From Spirogloea muscicola (taxonomy: Eukaryota): DNA of 60,298 bases. The stretch is from assembly GCA_009602725.1 (NCBI GenBank), contig WELB01000017.1, positions 488,855 through 549,152 on the forward strand, given 5' to 3'. Positions 17,552 to 31,177 of this stretch are shown piece after piece (the stretch's first letter is position 1; every line of letters begins with the position of its first letter). The translations under genes were made by a program, and so were the position numbers. Below the pieces are notes generated by a model. That model did no database searches. It had not been told where the DNA came from and saw only the letters and a list, made by a program, of their open reading frames with translations.

Positions 17552-18756
17552 ATGTCGATGAAAAACAGTTTGGCGACTGCCAAGCGGCAGCACGAGCACA
17601 GCCTCAAAAGTGAGTGCTCGTCAAGGTGGCTCCTGCTCCCCACAGCTCTGCCTCAGGGCTCTGAGGAATCACGAGTCTCCAGCCAAGGCCCGCCTGTACT
17701 AGACCACTGAACGTCTGAGCCACTAGTCTCAAACTCAAGGGGTGCACGACCATGGGGTGCTGGGGTGAACGCACAGCAAAACTGGAGCCAGCTCCACTTA
17801 CTTCGTACGCCAGATTCTCCAACACACAGCGTTGGCTAGGGCGGCCAGTTTGCGAGTCGGCAGTGCTGGACCAGAGTCGAGGCGCCGCAGGAGAGGGGGG
17901 CTCTATGCTTGCACCTGGCCTTAACCCAAGACCTGATCCAGACCCTTGACCCTGAATCGACCCCAACGCTGAGAAGCCTAGTCAATCCAGCAGAGCCAAA
18001 TTTAGCTCTACTGTACACGCAAGCAGAGGTGCTACCTCTGGAGTCCTATTGACTATGCCCTGATGGCATTGCCGACTTCCAGCTTCTCACTCCTTACAGT
18101 CAATTGTTTGGGCTCAATTTTAGATCAACTCCTCAAGCTCTCTTATACAATGTCCATGAACCCTGAGAATCAGCCTCAAAGCCTGCAGGACATGGCAGAT
18201 GGCAGCGCCCGGCCACTGCCTCGGCCCACTACATGCTTGCAAGCCAGCAGCGACAACGGGCTTTCCTCTTTATGATGCTCTGTTGCACTGGTATGCTGCC
18301 CTTTCGATCAACACTGACCAGGCCGCCCTGTATGTGCTGCCCGTCTACCGCCGTCGGCTGCAGAGGAACGGGAGCTGAACGAGGCCAAGGCGAGGAAGAG
18401 GCAGCGTGCCGAGCAAACGATGAAGGTTTGTGGGCTTCACCATGCACCAGCGGCAAACCTGGCATTCAATGCGTCTCAATTCGACCTGGCTGCTGCTAGC
18501 AGTAGCTTAGCTCAGTGGTACCAGAGTTGGCTTAAATTGTGGGGGAGTCAAGTGCAGTTTGCGTCCTATTGCCGGTGTTCTAGTCTCCGCCACTCATGCT
18601 GCCGCCTCATTGCAAGTGCAGGTGAACAGCGGCGCCAAGATCAAGAAGCAACGGAAGGGCTTCAAGGTGGCGAAGAAGCGCAAGGTGCAAGTGAAAGGTG
18701 GCACCGCCGACAAGAAGGGCAGTAAGGCGGTAAACCAGGGCATGGAGCTGGATTGA
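17552..18756 (+). CDS. Small basic Lys/Arg-rich protein (about 84 aa) resembling a conserved uncharacterised plant family; 3 exons (17552-17609, 18364-18425, 18622-18756)
   Basis: Spliced product MSMKNSLATAKRQHEHSLKKERELNEAKARKRQRAEQTMKVNSGAKIKKQRKGFKVAKKRK..QGMELD; canonical GT-AG sites with consistent phases. Confidence 0.8.
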
Positions 18757-19569
18757 GCTCGCATTGGCGAGTAGTCAAGCGCCTAAAAGTCAAGAAGCCA
18801 GCTTGATCTGCCGTCCAAGGACTGCCGCAACAGGCATGCCAGTAAGTGGTACCTCGAAGCCCCTGCAAGGTGTGCCAGCAGCGATGCAACATTCTCATTA
18901 GGGACCCTGGCTGAAGGGGCCTCTCATGAGAGGACCCGCTTAGGCACTGAAGTTCGTATAGAGGCAATACAGACAGTACAGATACAGACCCTTGGCTCCT
19001 GCTCGAGCAGCCGTGGCCAAATCCCTCTCTGCACCTTGTCAGAGTCAAGTCCCCCTGGAACGCATGCCAGTTACAGGCGAGGGGGGAGTTGCTAGTGACT
19101 GACCGTTTCTTTCACTAGTGCTTCCAGCCATAAGCAGATCATGCAAGCTAGAGTCACTTTGTTACAGTCGATCTGATACTTGATCAGAAAATCGAGAAAC
19201 TCAGAGTCAAGTTGTTACAATTGTTCTCATACTTGATCAGCAGAGATCGAGGTCTAGGCTTCAGTTTACGAATCGCCTTAAGTAATGAGTAAGCAAAGCT
19301 GGCAAAACTGGCAGCAATGGCTTCACGAAGTTTAAGGTGAAGCTAGGACTAGGACAGGACTTGTTGGCCGCAGAATCGAAGGCCAACACATTTATCATGG
19401 CCTGCTTGCTACGACGAAATCTGCAGTATTGTGCTTCACTTGGGAGCCCTATCACAGAGAGACACATATCTGCGACTTTGGACAGCGTAACAGCATTTGC
19501 TACACTGTCCTCCGTTTGCACTCCCTTGACTCATGTTGAAGTGGGGTGGCAAGTGTCCTCTCCAGGCAC

Positions 19570-20836
19570 TCAGGCCTCGGGCTTGTAGAAGGTTACGCAC
19601 TGGAGCACATTGCGGGCGTCATTCCAGTCGCTGCTGGCGAATTGGAACTGCACACCGAGCTCCCGGTAAGCAATGAGGACTGGCCCCGACGACCGCCCGC
19701 CCGCCTTGGTCTCCGGCTCGCCCAAGAGCCGCACGACATCTCCGCTTGTCATGTCCAGCCTGAGAGCAAGCAAGCGAACTTCATACAAAGTTGACAACCT
19801 TTGGCAAGTCCCACACATGTGACCCTGAGCGTGAGCATCTTGAGCGGAAAGTGCATCATGCATCCCAAGCTCCGGTGACCGAGAGCTGCTCAGGTCTAGA
19901 ATCTAGCCGATGACTTTGCAACATTCCAAGTCGAGTACATAGTTGGTAGTGTGTTGCAGCTTTTGATCATCTGTTTAACAGGCTGTTTGTGAGGACAATG
20001 CATAACGAGCCCCATCATGGAGACTTAAATACTGCAAGCGTGTCACTCAGTGAGCATATCCCATACTTGCCCATGCGAGAGCAAGTGTGCCAGATGGACT
20101 GCTGCAGCCGGAGCGAGCGAGGAATGCGCCTGACATGCAAGTGCCTGCGGCGGTGCTTGCACTAGGCCGCCTGGCGGCGCAGCTCTGGACTCTGCTCTTT
20201 GACCCAACAAAGCTTAATCTCAACCTGCGCTTCTCCAGTCAGCTGCTTTCCAGGACCGCGGGGCTGGAGCGCAGCTCGTCTCGCCGGCACCACTGGCGAC
20301 TAACTCTGACTCGTGGTCGCTGAGCGGGTCAGCTTGGCAACAGGTGATGTACAGCTGTCAATCTGCTTGCCCTTGTACTTGGCCACTCAGGCCCCCCATC
20401 ACCCAATTCACACTCCATCACACCGGCGGGGCGGGGGTTTACCAAGGGTTCACGGTTTAGGGTTTAGGATTCAGGGTGTAAGGGGTTAGGGTCAGCATAT
20501 AAGGGGTTTAGGTTAGGGGTCAGAGTGTAGGGTTTGGGTTTAGCTCAGCTCGGGCGCGGCCGCTGACCTGAGGCCGCGCGGCAGCGGGAGCGGGCAACGC
20601 CCGAAGCCCTGCGCGGAGTTGTAGGCGTGCACGGCGGCCAGCGAGCCGCCCTCGAAGCAGAGCGAGAGGCCGGCTTCGCGGAAGCTGCGGTATCTGCAGG
20701 CTGGGCGGCCGGCGGCTGCCGGGTAATCTTTGACCTCCGGCGGACCCTCCGGGCCGTGGTCGGCCAGCCAGGCGGCGAGCGCGGCATCGTCCTCGGGAGC
20801 GCCCAGGAGGTCGACCAGGGCGCCGATATCCGACAT
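19570..20836 (-). CDS. Hypothetical protein (about 152 aa), 2 exons (20836-20568, 19759-19570)
   Basis: MSDIGALVDLLG..PEVKDYP..GLSLCFE..PLPRGLR joined to LDMTSGDVVRLLGEPETKAGG..LGVQFQF..VTFYKPEA*; phase-consistent GT-AG intron. Confidence 0.75.
20434..20543. repeat. Degenerate plant telomere-like (TTTAGGG) tract in an intron
   Basis: ggtttagggtttagg, ggggttaggg, ggggtttaggttagggg, tagggtttgggtttag. Confidence 0.75.
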
Positions 20837-20994
20837 GCGGAGCGGCGGCGGCGGCGGCGGCGAGTCCGACGAAGCAGTTGATGCTCGCCCCTGACTGAGG
20901 CGCCTGGCTCAGTTCCAGAGACTGGTGTTGCCACAGACACGGCTGGAAAAGACAGACCGGAACCAAGTCAGAAGAGCTCAATGACCCTCCAAGC

Positions 20995-21700
20995 TGCAGA
21001 TGTGTTTCCGGCTGAGATGGGATTGCCAGCTGCTTATCGGTCGTTCTTGCGACGACGAGTTTCGGCCTGTTTGCAGCGTGCTCAGGCTAATGCCTTGCAC
21101 CAAAAAGCTGGGCGAGCTCTGATTGGTGGCAGAAGGAGCTTCGTATCTGACATCTAGTATTCAGGCATCAATTAGGACCTTAATATTTTGACCCGTGGTC
21201 ACTGAGCGGGTCAATCTGCTGTAGGTCATGTAGGTCTTCAGATGTGCTTGCCATTGTACTTGGCCATTTGGTTTTCGTTTAGTTTTCTAAGCTTCTCAAT
21301 ATGAGGAGAAATGAAAGGATCTTCCAGTAGAGAATGGAGTTCTGTGTATTGAAACAAACCAGGGCCAAATGGGCAAGTACCAAGGCAAGCACATCTAAAG
21401 ACCTGCATAACCTTCAGCAAATTGACCCGCTCAGTAACCACGGGTCAAAACATAAAGGTCACTAATCGATGCCTAAGTACTAGATGGCAGATATGAAGCC
21501 CTTCTGCCACCAACTAGAGGTCGCCCAGCTTTCTGGTGCAAAGCATTAGCCTGAGCACGCTGCAAACAGGCCGATACTCGTCGCAGCAAGAACGACAGAT
21601 ATGCAGCTGGCAAGCCCATCTCAGCCGGAAACACATCTGCACGACGTGTGTAGCCTAAATTGGCAATATTCTGGAGAAGTGTGTGGAAACGAGGATCCAC
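20995..21700. mobile_element. Two family-C CRE-like fragments, tail to tail (+ 20995-21280, - 21352-21700), forming a long inverted repeat
   Basis: Both arms match 2690-2975 and are in opposite orientation. Confidence 0.85.
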
Positions 21701-22900
21701 CCAGGAAAGAGAGAAGAGCTCGCCCATAGAGAAGAGAGGCTAGCAAAGCCAACCCAAAAAGAATGGACAATGTCCAAGCCAAAGAAAGAAGTGCCGAAAA
21801 AGGACTTCACTACAAAGCACGAGACGGTGCAGAGGGAATTTCAGATGGATGCTCAGTATGCACGTGTGAGCAACAGCAGATCAGAGTAACTCGAAGCAGG
21901 AAAAGCGGCACTCTGCCGAGACCCGGAAGCAGCAGCCATAGCACGGCCAGCGCGCGCGTGGACCGCATGAGCCAAAGAAGAAAGGAAGCGCCAGATTGAC
22001 TGGTGGCTAGGAAAGGCCAGCCCCAAGGAATGGACAAGGAGCGCTGTAGCGAGACCGCCAGCCTCATCCGAAAGACCTGCGCGAGGGAGCCGGCCGCATT
22101 GAAGCCTGGCGAACCCGGCCGCCGCTCGATGGCCTCCAGGGCAAGCCGCTGGAGGAGATCCAACCAGCCACTGCCGAAGGCCCCGTGTACGTCAAGAGCC
22201 AGTGCCGCGAAGGCATCGCCTTATAAGGGCTCGACAGTTGAGGATAGGGCCTGGAAAAGCCAGCCCAAAAAAAGAATGTACAAAGTACGAGAAGGGGGCC
22301 AGGAGAAACGCTAAGAAAAACAGCACAAAGAGAAACAAAGCAGCTACGAAGCACTCAGTAACCAGGAGCTGGCGGAAAGCCGCTACGAAGCACTCAGGAG
22401 CTGGCAAAAAGACAGGCCAGCTCTCGAGCTTGTTGTGAGCACACCCTTGGACCGCCTTAATGTAGAGTACCTGAACCCTACCCCCTGAGCCCTTAACGAT
22501 TGTCTACACTGATGGCAAGGGAAAAAAGAACGGAGACGATACCATTTGCTGAGGAAAGAGTGGCCGTGACCTGACGAGAGACAAATGTACCCTTTGCAGT
22601 AACAACCTCAGAGGTCTTTTCTAACCTGAACTGCAAACTCGAGATCTCTTTGTGCTGCCCAGCCAGAGCTGTCCTTGTCACGTTCTTATACGGGCAACTT
22701 TCACTCAGATACGAGCCAAGCTTTCTCAAAGTGTTCTTTGGAAGAGCGAAGAAAGACGACACCCGGAGAGGGCGGTCGCTGTGAGAGGCCAGCGCAGAGA
22801 AAAGAAGAGCATATGACTGTACTTGCCAGATCACCGCTGCCAGCATATACGACTTGGTATAGTATTTACGTATGTGTTCTATATATCTGATTAGCAATTT
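21701..22900 (-). mobile_element. Nested CRE-like 3' fragments
   Basis: DVHGAFG..FNAAGSLAQVFRMRLAVSLQRS [inserted 3' UTR at about 21974-22038] LAHAVHARAGRA..LLLTRAY*, plus further termini; a degenerate piece at about 22740-22900. Confidence 0.8.
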
Positions 22901-23124
22901 CACATCTGAGTGCAGCCGTTACCGTTATGTCCTAACGGAACTGGCAAAGAGCACCTCGGGTGCCCTTCTAACAAGCATCCCAAGCACGGCTGTTGGTGGC
23001 GGTAGCACCAATCTGCGCAAGCGACTTCCATGGAAGCTAATAACTATTTGCGACATGACTTTGTCATCCATACCTGTGTCATTATCATAAACACAACAGC
23101 ATACCAAAAGCCCATCCTGCTCGT

Positions 23125-26100
23125 CACCACCATCCCGACAGAAGAAAGGCAGTTGTATAGAGGGTACTCTGCTTGCGTAGCCTAGGATTTGTTAAAAGCT
23201 CTTGCGCTGGCTCAGAAAGCAGATGCTCTGAAACAGACCCATGGGCGACAAGACCAGGTGCAAAGAATGCAGACCTAAAGACTTGCGGACCACCCTAAAG
23301 TGCAGTCACAGCGCATCAGTTTGCTAATAAGTAATGACAAAGACGATCTACACCTTCTTTGACCACTGATGAAGCGCTTTTGAAAGGTAAAGAACCGCAG
23401 CCTCTAATGCGTTGCCCTTGTATGACCTTACGGAGTACTTGCCTATGTCTATGCCCGTCTTTCTGGCTTCAGGACGACCTATCATATCAGCCAAAAGTGG
23501 GAGCCAGAGTTCTGGTGCAGAGCCCACCGCAGTCCCCGCGGCCTGCAGGCCGAGTATCAGGCGCTTGACAAGCCTCTCTTGCTGCAAACGTGGTAGCAAC
23601 AACATATAATCGTGAGCTCGGCCCAGCTTCTCTGCTGTGTCAATGGTCTTATAGCTTGTCATTCGCAGATTATGCAAAGATGCCATCAAGTCAAGCAGGG
23701 GTGATGTAGTACTGCATGCCTTCCTCAAGCAGCAGCAGTTGCTACTTGTTGAAGGGGCCGCGCATATGCACCTCTGACAGGGAGCCTGAAGGCTGCGCAG
23801 CATGTTCAGATCCCTCTGCACTTATTTGGCCTGCAGGTGCCTCCTGCTGCGCTTCTTGCTGATCCTGATTCAGCTCACTGGAAGGTGAATGCTCCAGTAA
23901 GCCAGACGAGTATAAGCTCTCCTGCAGACCCTGCAAGCTGCTCTGCAGCCCAACCTGCCACTGTCTCGCCTCTATTTTCCGCAACCACTCGCCCTGCCAC
24001 GACTCTTTCAGAACGCTGTCCAGAGCACCGACGACGTCTCTCACCAACACCGTACGGACGGGCCTCCCAGCCTCAGAGAACACGTAGTCCAGCATGTCAG
24101 ACGTTGCTGAGGCTACTGCCCGCCTGTCAAAGGAGCCTCTGATGCCCTCCTCATCTGGGGACGTCCTTCTGAAGGTGCCGCCAGGGACTTGCTGTGATAG
24201 AGGGCTTGCAGTTCCAGCAACTGCTGTCACCTGAACCAAAGGCAGCTAGGCCATCTTACAGATCGCTCCTCCAATGCAATTGATGAGAGAGTGGTTGCTT
24301 CATTGAGCTGTTTCTGTGAGTATAATACATGCCCACGTACTCAAACACATGTCAGCAGGCTGCAGCACAACAAAGAATATGCAAGTTATTGTAGTCACCA
24401 GGCGCTCCAAACGGCCCCATCTGATGGAGCCATTGGGGCGGAAGAGCAGCTCCAGAAGAATGCTGCGCATCTCCGGGTCAGGGTCCGAGAGCAGACGGCC
24501 AACTATGAAAGGGTAGGCACTGGCAACTACCTGCAACAGCAAGCTGATGGCATTGTCGAGACAAGAACGAATCTGTGACTTGCAGTGCTTCAGGCATTCG
24601 CAAGTACAGAGTGGGACATTCTTTCATCAGGACTACAAGAACTAAGATAGAAAGCCTGGTGCCTTGTGCTCTGAGGTACAGCAAACTGGCGCCACCAAGG
24701 AGTCAATAGAAGAGCACCAGCAGTGAACCTTGAATTCTGGGTCCAGCGTTGTGGCAGTCCCTTCCAAAGAGCCCAGCGCCCGAATGACCATGGCGAATTC
24801 AGCAGGGAGCCTGAAGTTGAACTGCTGCATCACCGTTGACAGCTGTGTGATGATGCCCTGAAGCAGCACGCCAGATGCTAAAGAGAGGGTCAGGAGAACC
24901 TATCCACGTATTTTGTTGAGCATGTAGGAGCCACTAAGCAACCTCAATATCAAATTTATTGCAAACCCGAGTTCTGATCAACAAAGAGAACTGAAGCTTA
25001 TGCACTACACATGCAAAGAGCCGGTGAAGGAGGATGTCGTGTAGATTCCACACCAAAGTTGCCCACAACTGTGCCGCATGCAGATGCAGCTGATGGCCAT
25101 CACAGCTGCAGGATGAGACCGGCCCTCAAACCGTGATCTATTCTGACCTGGAAATCCATGTTGGAGCGGCTCCCCTCGACTCCAAAAGACTCACGCAACG
25201 CTCTCGCTACAGGCACCAAGTCCGACCCAAGAGGGAGGAAGCCCAGCACCTCGAAGTCTCTAGCAAGCCCAAGTGCGTCGCGATTTACGAAATGAACCAA
25301 CTGGAAAGAAACAACACGGCACAAGCACTAGTAGTATCAGCCTATAGAGCAGCATAGACCAATGAGCAGAGACGATGGGCTAGGCTACTGTCAGCGAGAA
25401 AAGAATCAAGGTCGACTGACAGCCTGAGTCTATGCCTAGTGAGCTTCGCAGTGGAAGGTTGCTCCGAACCGTTCGTATTAGCCCGATACGGTACTCTCGG
25501 CGCATTTCGCTCATCATCCCAAAGTCGAAGTAGGCCAACTGTCCCATGTGCGTCACAACCAAGTTCCCAGGATGTGGGTCCGCATGGAAAAAGCCCTCCT
25601 CAAGCAGCTGCTTCAGAGAGCACAGGACGCCCTGCAAGTCATGCAGGCAAGATGAGACCTTGACATACTATCATACCGGAGTACACGATCAGCAACCAAG
25701 GCATTATATACTTGTCCAGGCTCAGCACAGAGAGTAACAAGTGAAGCTGAACACGCATTTGGTCCACGAGCTGCTGCGTATTCAGATGCGCTTGAGCCAG
25801 AGCGGCGTGGTCTGTCAGCTTGATTCCATCCACCCACTCCATTGTCAGGACCCCCCTGCTTGTCAAGTCCCAGTAAATGCTGGGCACCTTCACGCCTCTG
25901 TCATTGCCCTTTGCATCAGATTCTCCTGCTCATGTGCATCCGCTAACACATGTAAACGCTGGTCAATCACAATCTGCAGCTTCTGATTGTGGCTCGTTCT
26001 GCTGAGGTCAAGGATGGGTGGGTGTGGATTGCAACATTGTGGTAGCCAAGACATCGCCTCTTCAGAGTAAGACCACATGACTAGCTTGTCAAAGGCTGGT

Positions 26101-28006
26101 GAAGAACCAAATAAGTGCTTCAAAGCTTGCAAATTTCATTACCTGCAGCATACAACCTCGCAAAGCGCTCTGCGTTGTTGGCCTCCTTTACGTAATCCAC
26201 CTCCTCAAACATCCTGCCGACCATCTCGTCCACTATAGCCACCACATCGCTCCTCCACTTGAGATACTTCTGAAGCCAGGGTTTCTGTAACCAGGAGCCC
26301 AACGTGCGGAGAAGGTGTGCGTCCAAGGCCAGCCGTGTGGCCATGCCGGGTCGCTGCACTTTCACAGCCACAACTTCGCCACTGGGGAGGTGGGCTGCAA
26401 TAAGGAAGGTCATGCCATTGAGCTGGTTTCCAACATTCTCAATCTTAGATATGAATCAGAGACCTTGCAAATGATGGCTCAAAGTAGTTGCAGGGACTGC
26501 CAGAGGAGATGGACCATGGGTCTTGTGCTGAAAAAGAGTGTAGACCTTTGTAGACCTGACCCAGTGAAGCCGCGGCTACTGGCGTTGGACTAATGTCTTG
26601 AAAGAGAGTCTGAACAGGAGCCCCTAGCTGGTGCTCCAAGTATCTGATTGCCTCGGGAGTGGGAAATGGTGGTATTTGGTCCTGCAAGGCCAGCCGAAAG
26701 CACTCTCGCACTGAGCTATCTCCAAGTCATGCAGTCGTCCTAGGCAGATGCCTGTACTTGTAGCAAATGCAGTCAAGCATTTCAATGAGCTCCATAGTGC
26801 ACTGGTGAAGGAGCCCCTTGAGTCTTCATCCAGTGCCAAAAGCTGGCAATCACTTTCTCTAGCAATGTGGCAACAATATGACAAGGTGGAGGACCAGTCA
26901 CTGTCTCTACCTGCAACTTTGCAAGCTCAAAGCAGTACTCAGGTGGCAAAAAGTCCGGCCTGGTGCTGAGGGCTTGACCTAACTGCAACAAGCAGCACCA
27001 AGCACCAGCACCCGGTGTAGCAAGTTAAGTTGCTCTTTTGTGTGCCTAAAGAAGAGCATGTTGCATAGAGACTGCTGGTGAATGTCCAAGCTTTCATAAG
27101 TAGTGGGAGTGGCGGAATGCTAAGTACTTGCAATGTGGCCTGATTTTGCCTGCTTTCTTTTAGAGCTGAATAGAAAAGTAGAACCCCTGCAGCCTACAGG
27201 CAACGATTTGCGAGCTACCTAGAATCTGGACAGCCTGGACATAATTCTCACTGTATGCCAGCTTTTCTGCAAGCCTTACCTTCACATAAAACGGCCCAAG
27301 CCTGATAAGAGCGCATCGCAGCTGCATTTCCCAAGGTCAGCACAGCATTACACAAGAACCACTGCAGGATTGATGTACCTTGACTGCACAGCGCCTGAGA
27401 TTGCACTCAGTACAGCCACTAAAGCTCAAACTTTGAAGAGTAACACGGCAAGTCCAAAGGACTCACATTATCGGCTCGTCGTTTTATGTCCTTGACGGTG
27501 TATCGGCCAATCTGTAGCAATGCCGCCTCCCACAGAAGCAACACAGCTCTGCGGAGTAAAAGCAGCGGTCTCCACTTATAGTACTCCGCAAAGGCCTCAG
27601 GATCATAGTATTGCCACTCTGGAGGCCTGGTCCTGTTCTCTTCCTCTATGAAATGGACGCCTCTCTTCACCTTTTCATCGTCCTGCTCAAGTGTCATCCT
27701 CCTGGCATGCCCAGGAACACGCCTTGCAAATTCGGGTGACGCAGCCTCCTCATTGGGTGCAGTTGTGTCACGGATTTGTGGAAGAGCGGGGTCATGGAGG
27801 ACTGCCTGTGCCTTACACCGCGTGCCCCAAGGGTGGACAGGCTCTGCACTTGAGCTGCAACGATATAATGATAGGAGGTCAGAACCCGTGGCACAAGCTC
27901 GCATGGCATTAGCTGATTGATGAGTCGCTTGCGATGGCCTGATGAGAGTGTTGAAAGCGGCAACTTTGCCAGCTTTCATCCGCAATTCTGCCCAGAGTCT
28001 GATCAA
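23125..28006 (-). CDS. ABC1/UbiB-family atypical kinase (ABC1K), multi-exon; both ends approximate
   Basis: [87 protein letters not shown]. Confidence 0.92.
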
Positions 28007-29808
28007 GCAGTGATGAGGTTGCGGTACCGTTGATAGGCCGTTCCAAGTCCTCGGCAGAGTGTGAAAAGCTTCGGGATAACAATGGGATGTCCTTGTGGTT
28101 GAGCAACTTTCGAAAGGAGGGTCTTGTCCTGCACGAGCAGCACTGCACAGAGGCAGTCACGAGGAGCGTGTTGGCTGTGGCGTCCAGGCACATCGATGGT
28201 TTGTCACTTAAATTCATTGACAGACACCAAAATCATAAGTCTCTTGCATTTCTGAATGCTCCCAAACAACACTCTGGTGCTAACTGCTCACATGCGCACA
28301 GATTCGTCCACTTTAGGAAACAGACCGCCAGGCATTGACACACTTTACGTAATCGGTTGCCGCGACCCGTCGCCATTGTAGTAAGTTTAAGCTCTGACTG
28401 CAGCACGAATACTTCTGTGGTGCTTACTCCATCGCTGTGAGCTGATTGTGTACGGATGCACAGCGCCGCGCCTCCAGAAGCGTGAGCATAGTTGTGCTGG
28501 TACTCGAGACCACCGGTTCCACATCAAGCTTGCGCCGCGCAGCCCTCAGCCATGCACGTCAGTGAGGTACCCCCGCAAGCGGAGCCTCCTGCCGACACCT
28601 GACTCCATCGCCAGAAGCCTGCTGCAACCGCTCGCAGGAGCAGCGTTGCGCCCTTCAGGCGCTGGCGGTGCGCGGCAGACGGCTCAGTTGCACGAGCTTG
28701 GAGGTCGGACCAACACGGAGTGGCCTTGTCCTTCCCGTCCCCGCCGTTGCAGCGGTGGCACTCCAGGAAGGTAATGATAGGGGCCCCTACTGTTGGGCGT
28801 GAATGCTGCGACGGGGATGGCGACCGGACGCGGGCTTCTGAGAAGCGCAACAGCAGTGGCTGCGAGCGCGATCAGGCGGCAGCGGCAGCGGCGGCGGTAG
28901 CGGCGGCGGCGGCGGCGGCGGCGGTCCCGCCGCGATCGGCGGAGCGCCTAGGAGGCAGACTGCGTGGGCTTTCAAGGTACCAGAAATTGAACTCCCAAGG
29001 ACCTCCTGGGTTGCTGTGTCCTTGAGCGCTTTTCAGGCCCCTTCAAACTTTATTCTCTTCTGGGCTGTTTAATCACAGCCATTCTCACTTCTGGAAGTGT
29101 ATCTGTTACCCAAGGCAGCTCAAAACTCGATAGAACTCACTTCAACCCTGTTTATGGCTAGATGGTTTCGGGTCACATCGAAACAACAGTGCTGCTGCTG
29201 CAAATTTGTTTATAATGCCTCCATCTAACGATTTGAGCTCGCTGTTTCGATGTACATTATAAAGGCGGGTTGCACAATGGCTTGCTGGGTTGAGGGCAAC
29301 TGCAACCAGGGGCGGTCGAGGCGCCACTTGCGACCAAGTGGCGCCTCTTCAAGCTGTCCAAGTGGCTCGCTCAGGCGCGTGCAGGAAGTTGATGCTGACG
29401 GACTGTACAGTCCGTGACGCTGACGACCGCTGAGAATGTTGCGGGGAAGCGTGGAGTCCTTCAAATGTCGCCAAAAAGCCGAAACGGGGGAGCCCGGCCG
29501 AAGCGGGCGAAGGAGCTTGCCCTCAATAGTCGGCGGCTCAGTAAGTCAACATTGACAACAGGGAAAGCGGGGCTGCCTTTTGGGGGAAGCGCCCCGCGCC
29601 CTTATCTGAGCACGCGATCTGCGGCCAATCAGTGGCCGCCGCGCCGGCCGCCCATTGGCGCGCCCCGACGGGGGGAATCCGATCAACTGCCTGAGGGTTG
29701 CCCCCCCCTGGCGACAGCTCGTTGCAGACCAAACCAGCTGACGCCGCCGACGCCGCCCTCACCGCCGTCGCCGCCGCCGCAGCTGCGTCGTCTGCCGCCG
29801 CTGCCGCG

Positions 29809-31177
29809 ATGGCTGCCGCCACCGCCGCCGCCGCCGCGGTCGTACCTGTCGCCGGCCTCGCCGGGTCGGCCCTCTCCACGCGGCGCGCGGCGCGGACTCA
29901 GCTGAGGACCGGTCAGCACCTCCCTCCCTCACCTGTGCAGCTGCTGGGGGCGCACTAGCGCTGCCGATCTCCACGCTCTTGGCGCCAGATGTGGCCAAGC
30001 CGGCGCACAGAGCTAGTATCTGCACTGCCGTTCATTAGTCCTGCCTTCCCTTGTTGTATCACGAAAAGCAATGTGTACGCCGTCCATGCTGGCTGCTGTC
30101 ACTACCATACATTCGCCTTCAAAGGCAACTGCGAGCATGCGTACTCTGCAGGGCCAGTGCAATCGGTTGTATCATATCGGTCCTGTTTTGTTCCTGCAAT
30201 GCAGCCTTCACCTCGGGTTCCCGGTCCGCATTCGCTGGCCAGAGGGTTGCGGCTCCTATGGCGATGGCGCGCACCACCTGGTAAGCCTATGGTGGATAGA
30301 GCAACGGGGGTCAAGGCGTGGGGGTGGTCCCCCAAACTGGTCTCTGCTGCCAATGACTGACAGGACGTCATGCAAAGGCTGTATGTTTTTTAAAAATGGC
30401 AAGGAGCAGTCTTGACCACTGTTACCGTCGATTGCCTCCTTATTCATGTAACGTGACCCAGGAGCTGACCGTGGCCATGCATATTAGGCTTGGAGCCAAG
30501 CCTGTTGGAAGCCTAGTCGTTACACTGATGGGGTAGGCAGCTTAGCAGGTGACTCTGGGAGGGCAGGATGCAATCGCCTACGTCTGTCTGTGTCCAGCAG
30601 GCATAGCACCAGCCCTGACTCTATCCTTTAGCCTGATACCTGACTTTCTCGAATTACAGCTTCAACCGCAACTGGTTGAGGACAGACTTCACCGTCATTG
30701 GATTCGGACTGCTGGGCTGGATTGCCCCTTCCAGCTTGCCCCTGATCAGTGGCAACAGCCTGACTGGCCTCTTCTTCAACAGCATTGGTGCTGAGCTGGC
30801 TCACTTCCCCACCGGCCCTGGGGTGGACTCCCCATTCTGGTGAGCAAAGCCACGTGCATTTAGCTATGATTACTGCAGGCCAGCATATGGACGGTATCCA
30901 GCAAGATACTCCCTTACCTTCTGGCTACCCTGTTGTCAGCTTTAGTTGGCGATTGAGGACGTATTGGCATCGATCAAATTGACTTAACTTTCTGTTTCTT
31001 AACAAGAGTCAGCATTGCAGCATTTGTTTTCAGTCGATGTTTCTTATTACCTGCTTTCTTACAAGATCTTTTCCTGCATACAGGCTGTGGCTTCTTACCT
31101 GGCACACGGGTCTGTTCATTGTTCTCACTTTCGGCCAGATTGGATTCAAGGGCAGGGGTGATGGCTACTTCCAGTAG
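29809..31177 (+). CDS. psaO: Photosystem I subunit O precursor, 4 exons
   Basis: Ala/Ser/Arg-rich transit peptide, then CFNRNWLRTDFTVIGFGLLGWIAPSS..SLTGLFFNSIGAELAHFPT..FWLWLLTWHTGLF..TFGQIGFKGR..YFQ*. Confidence 0.95.
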
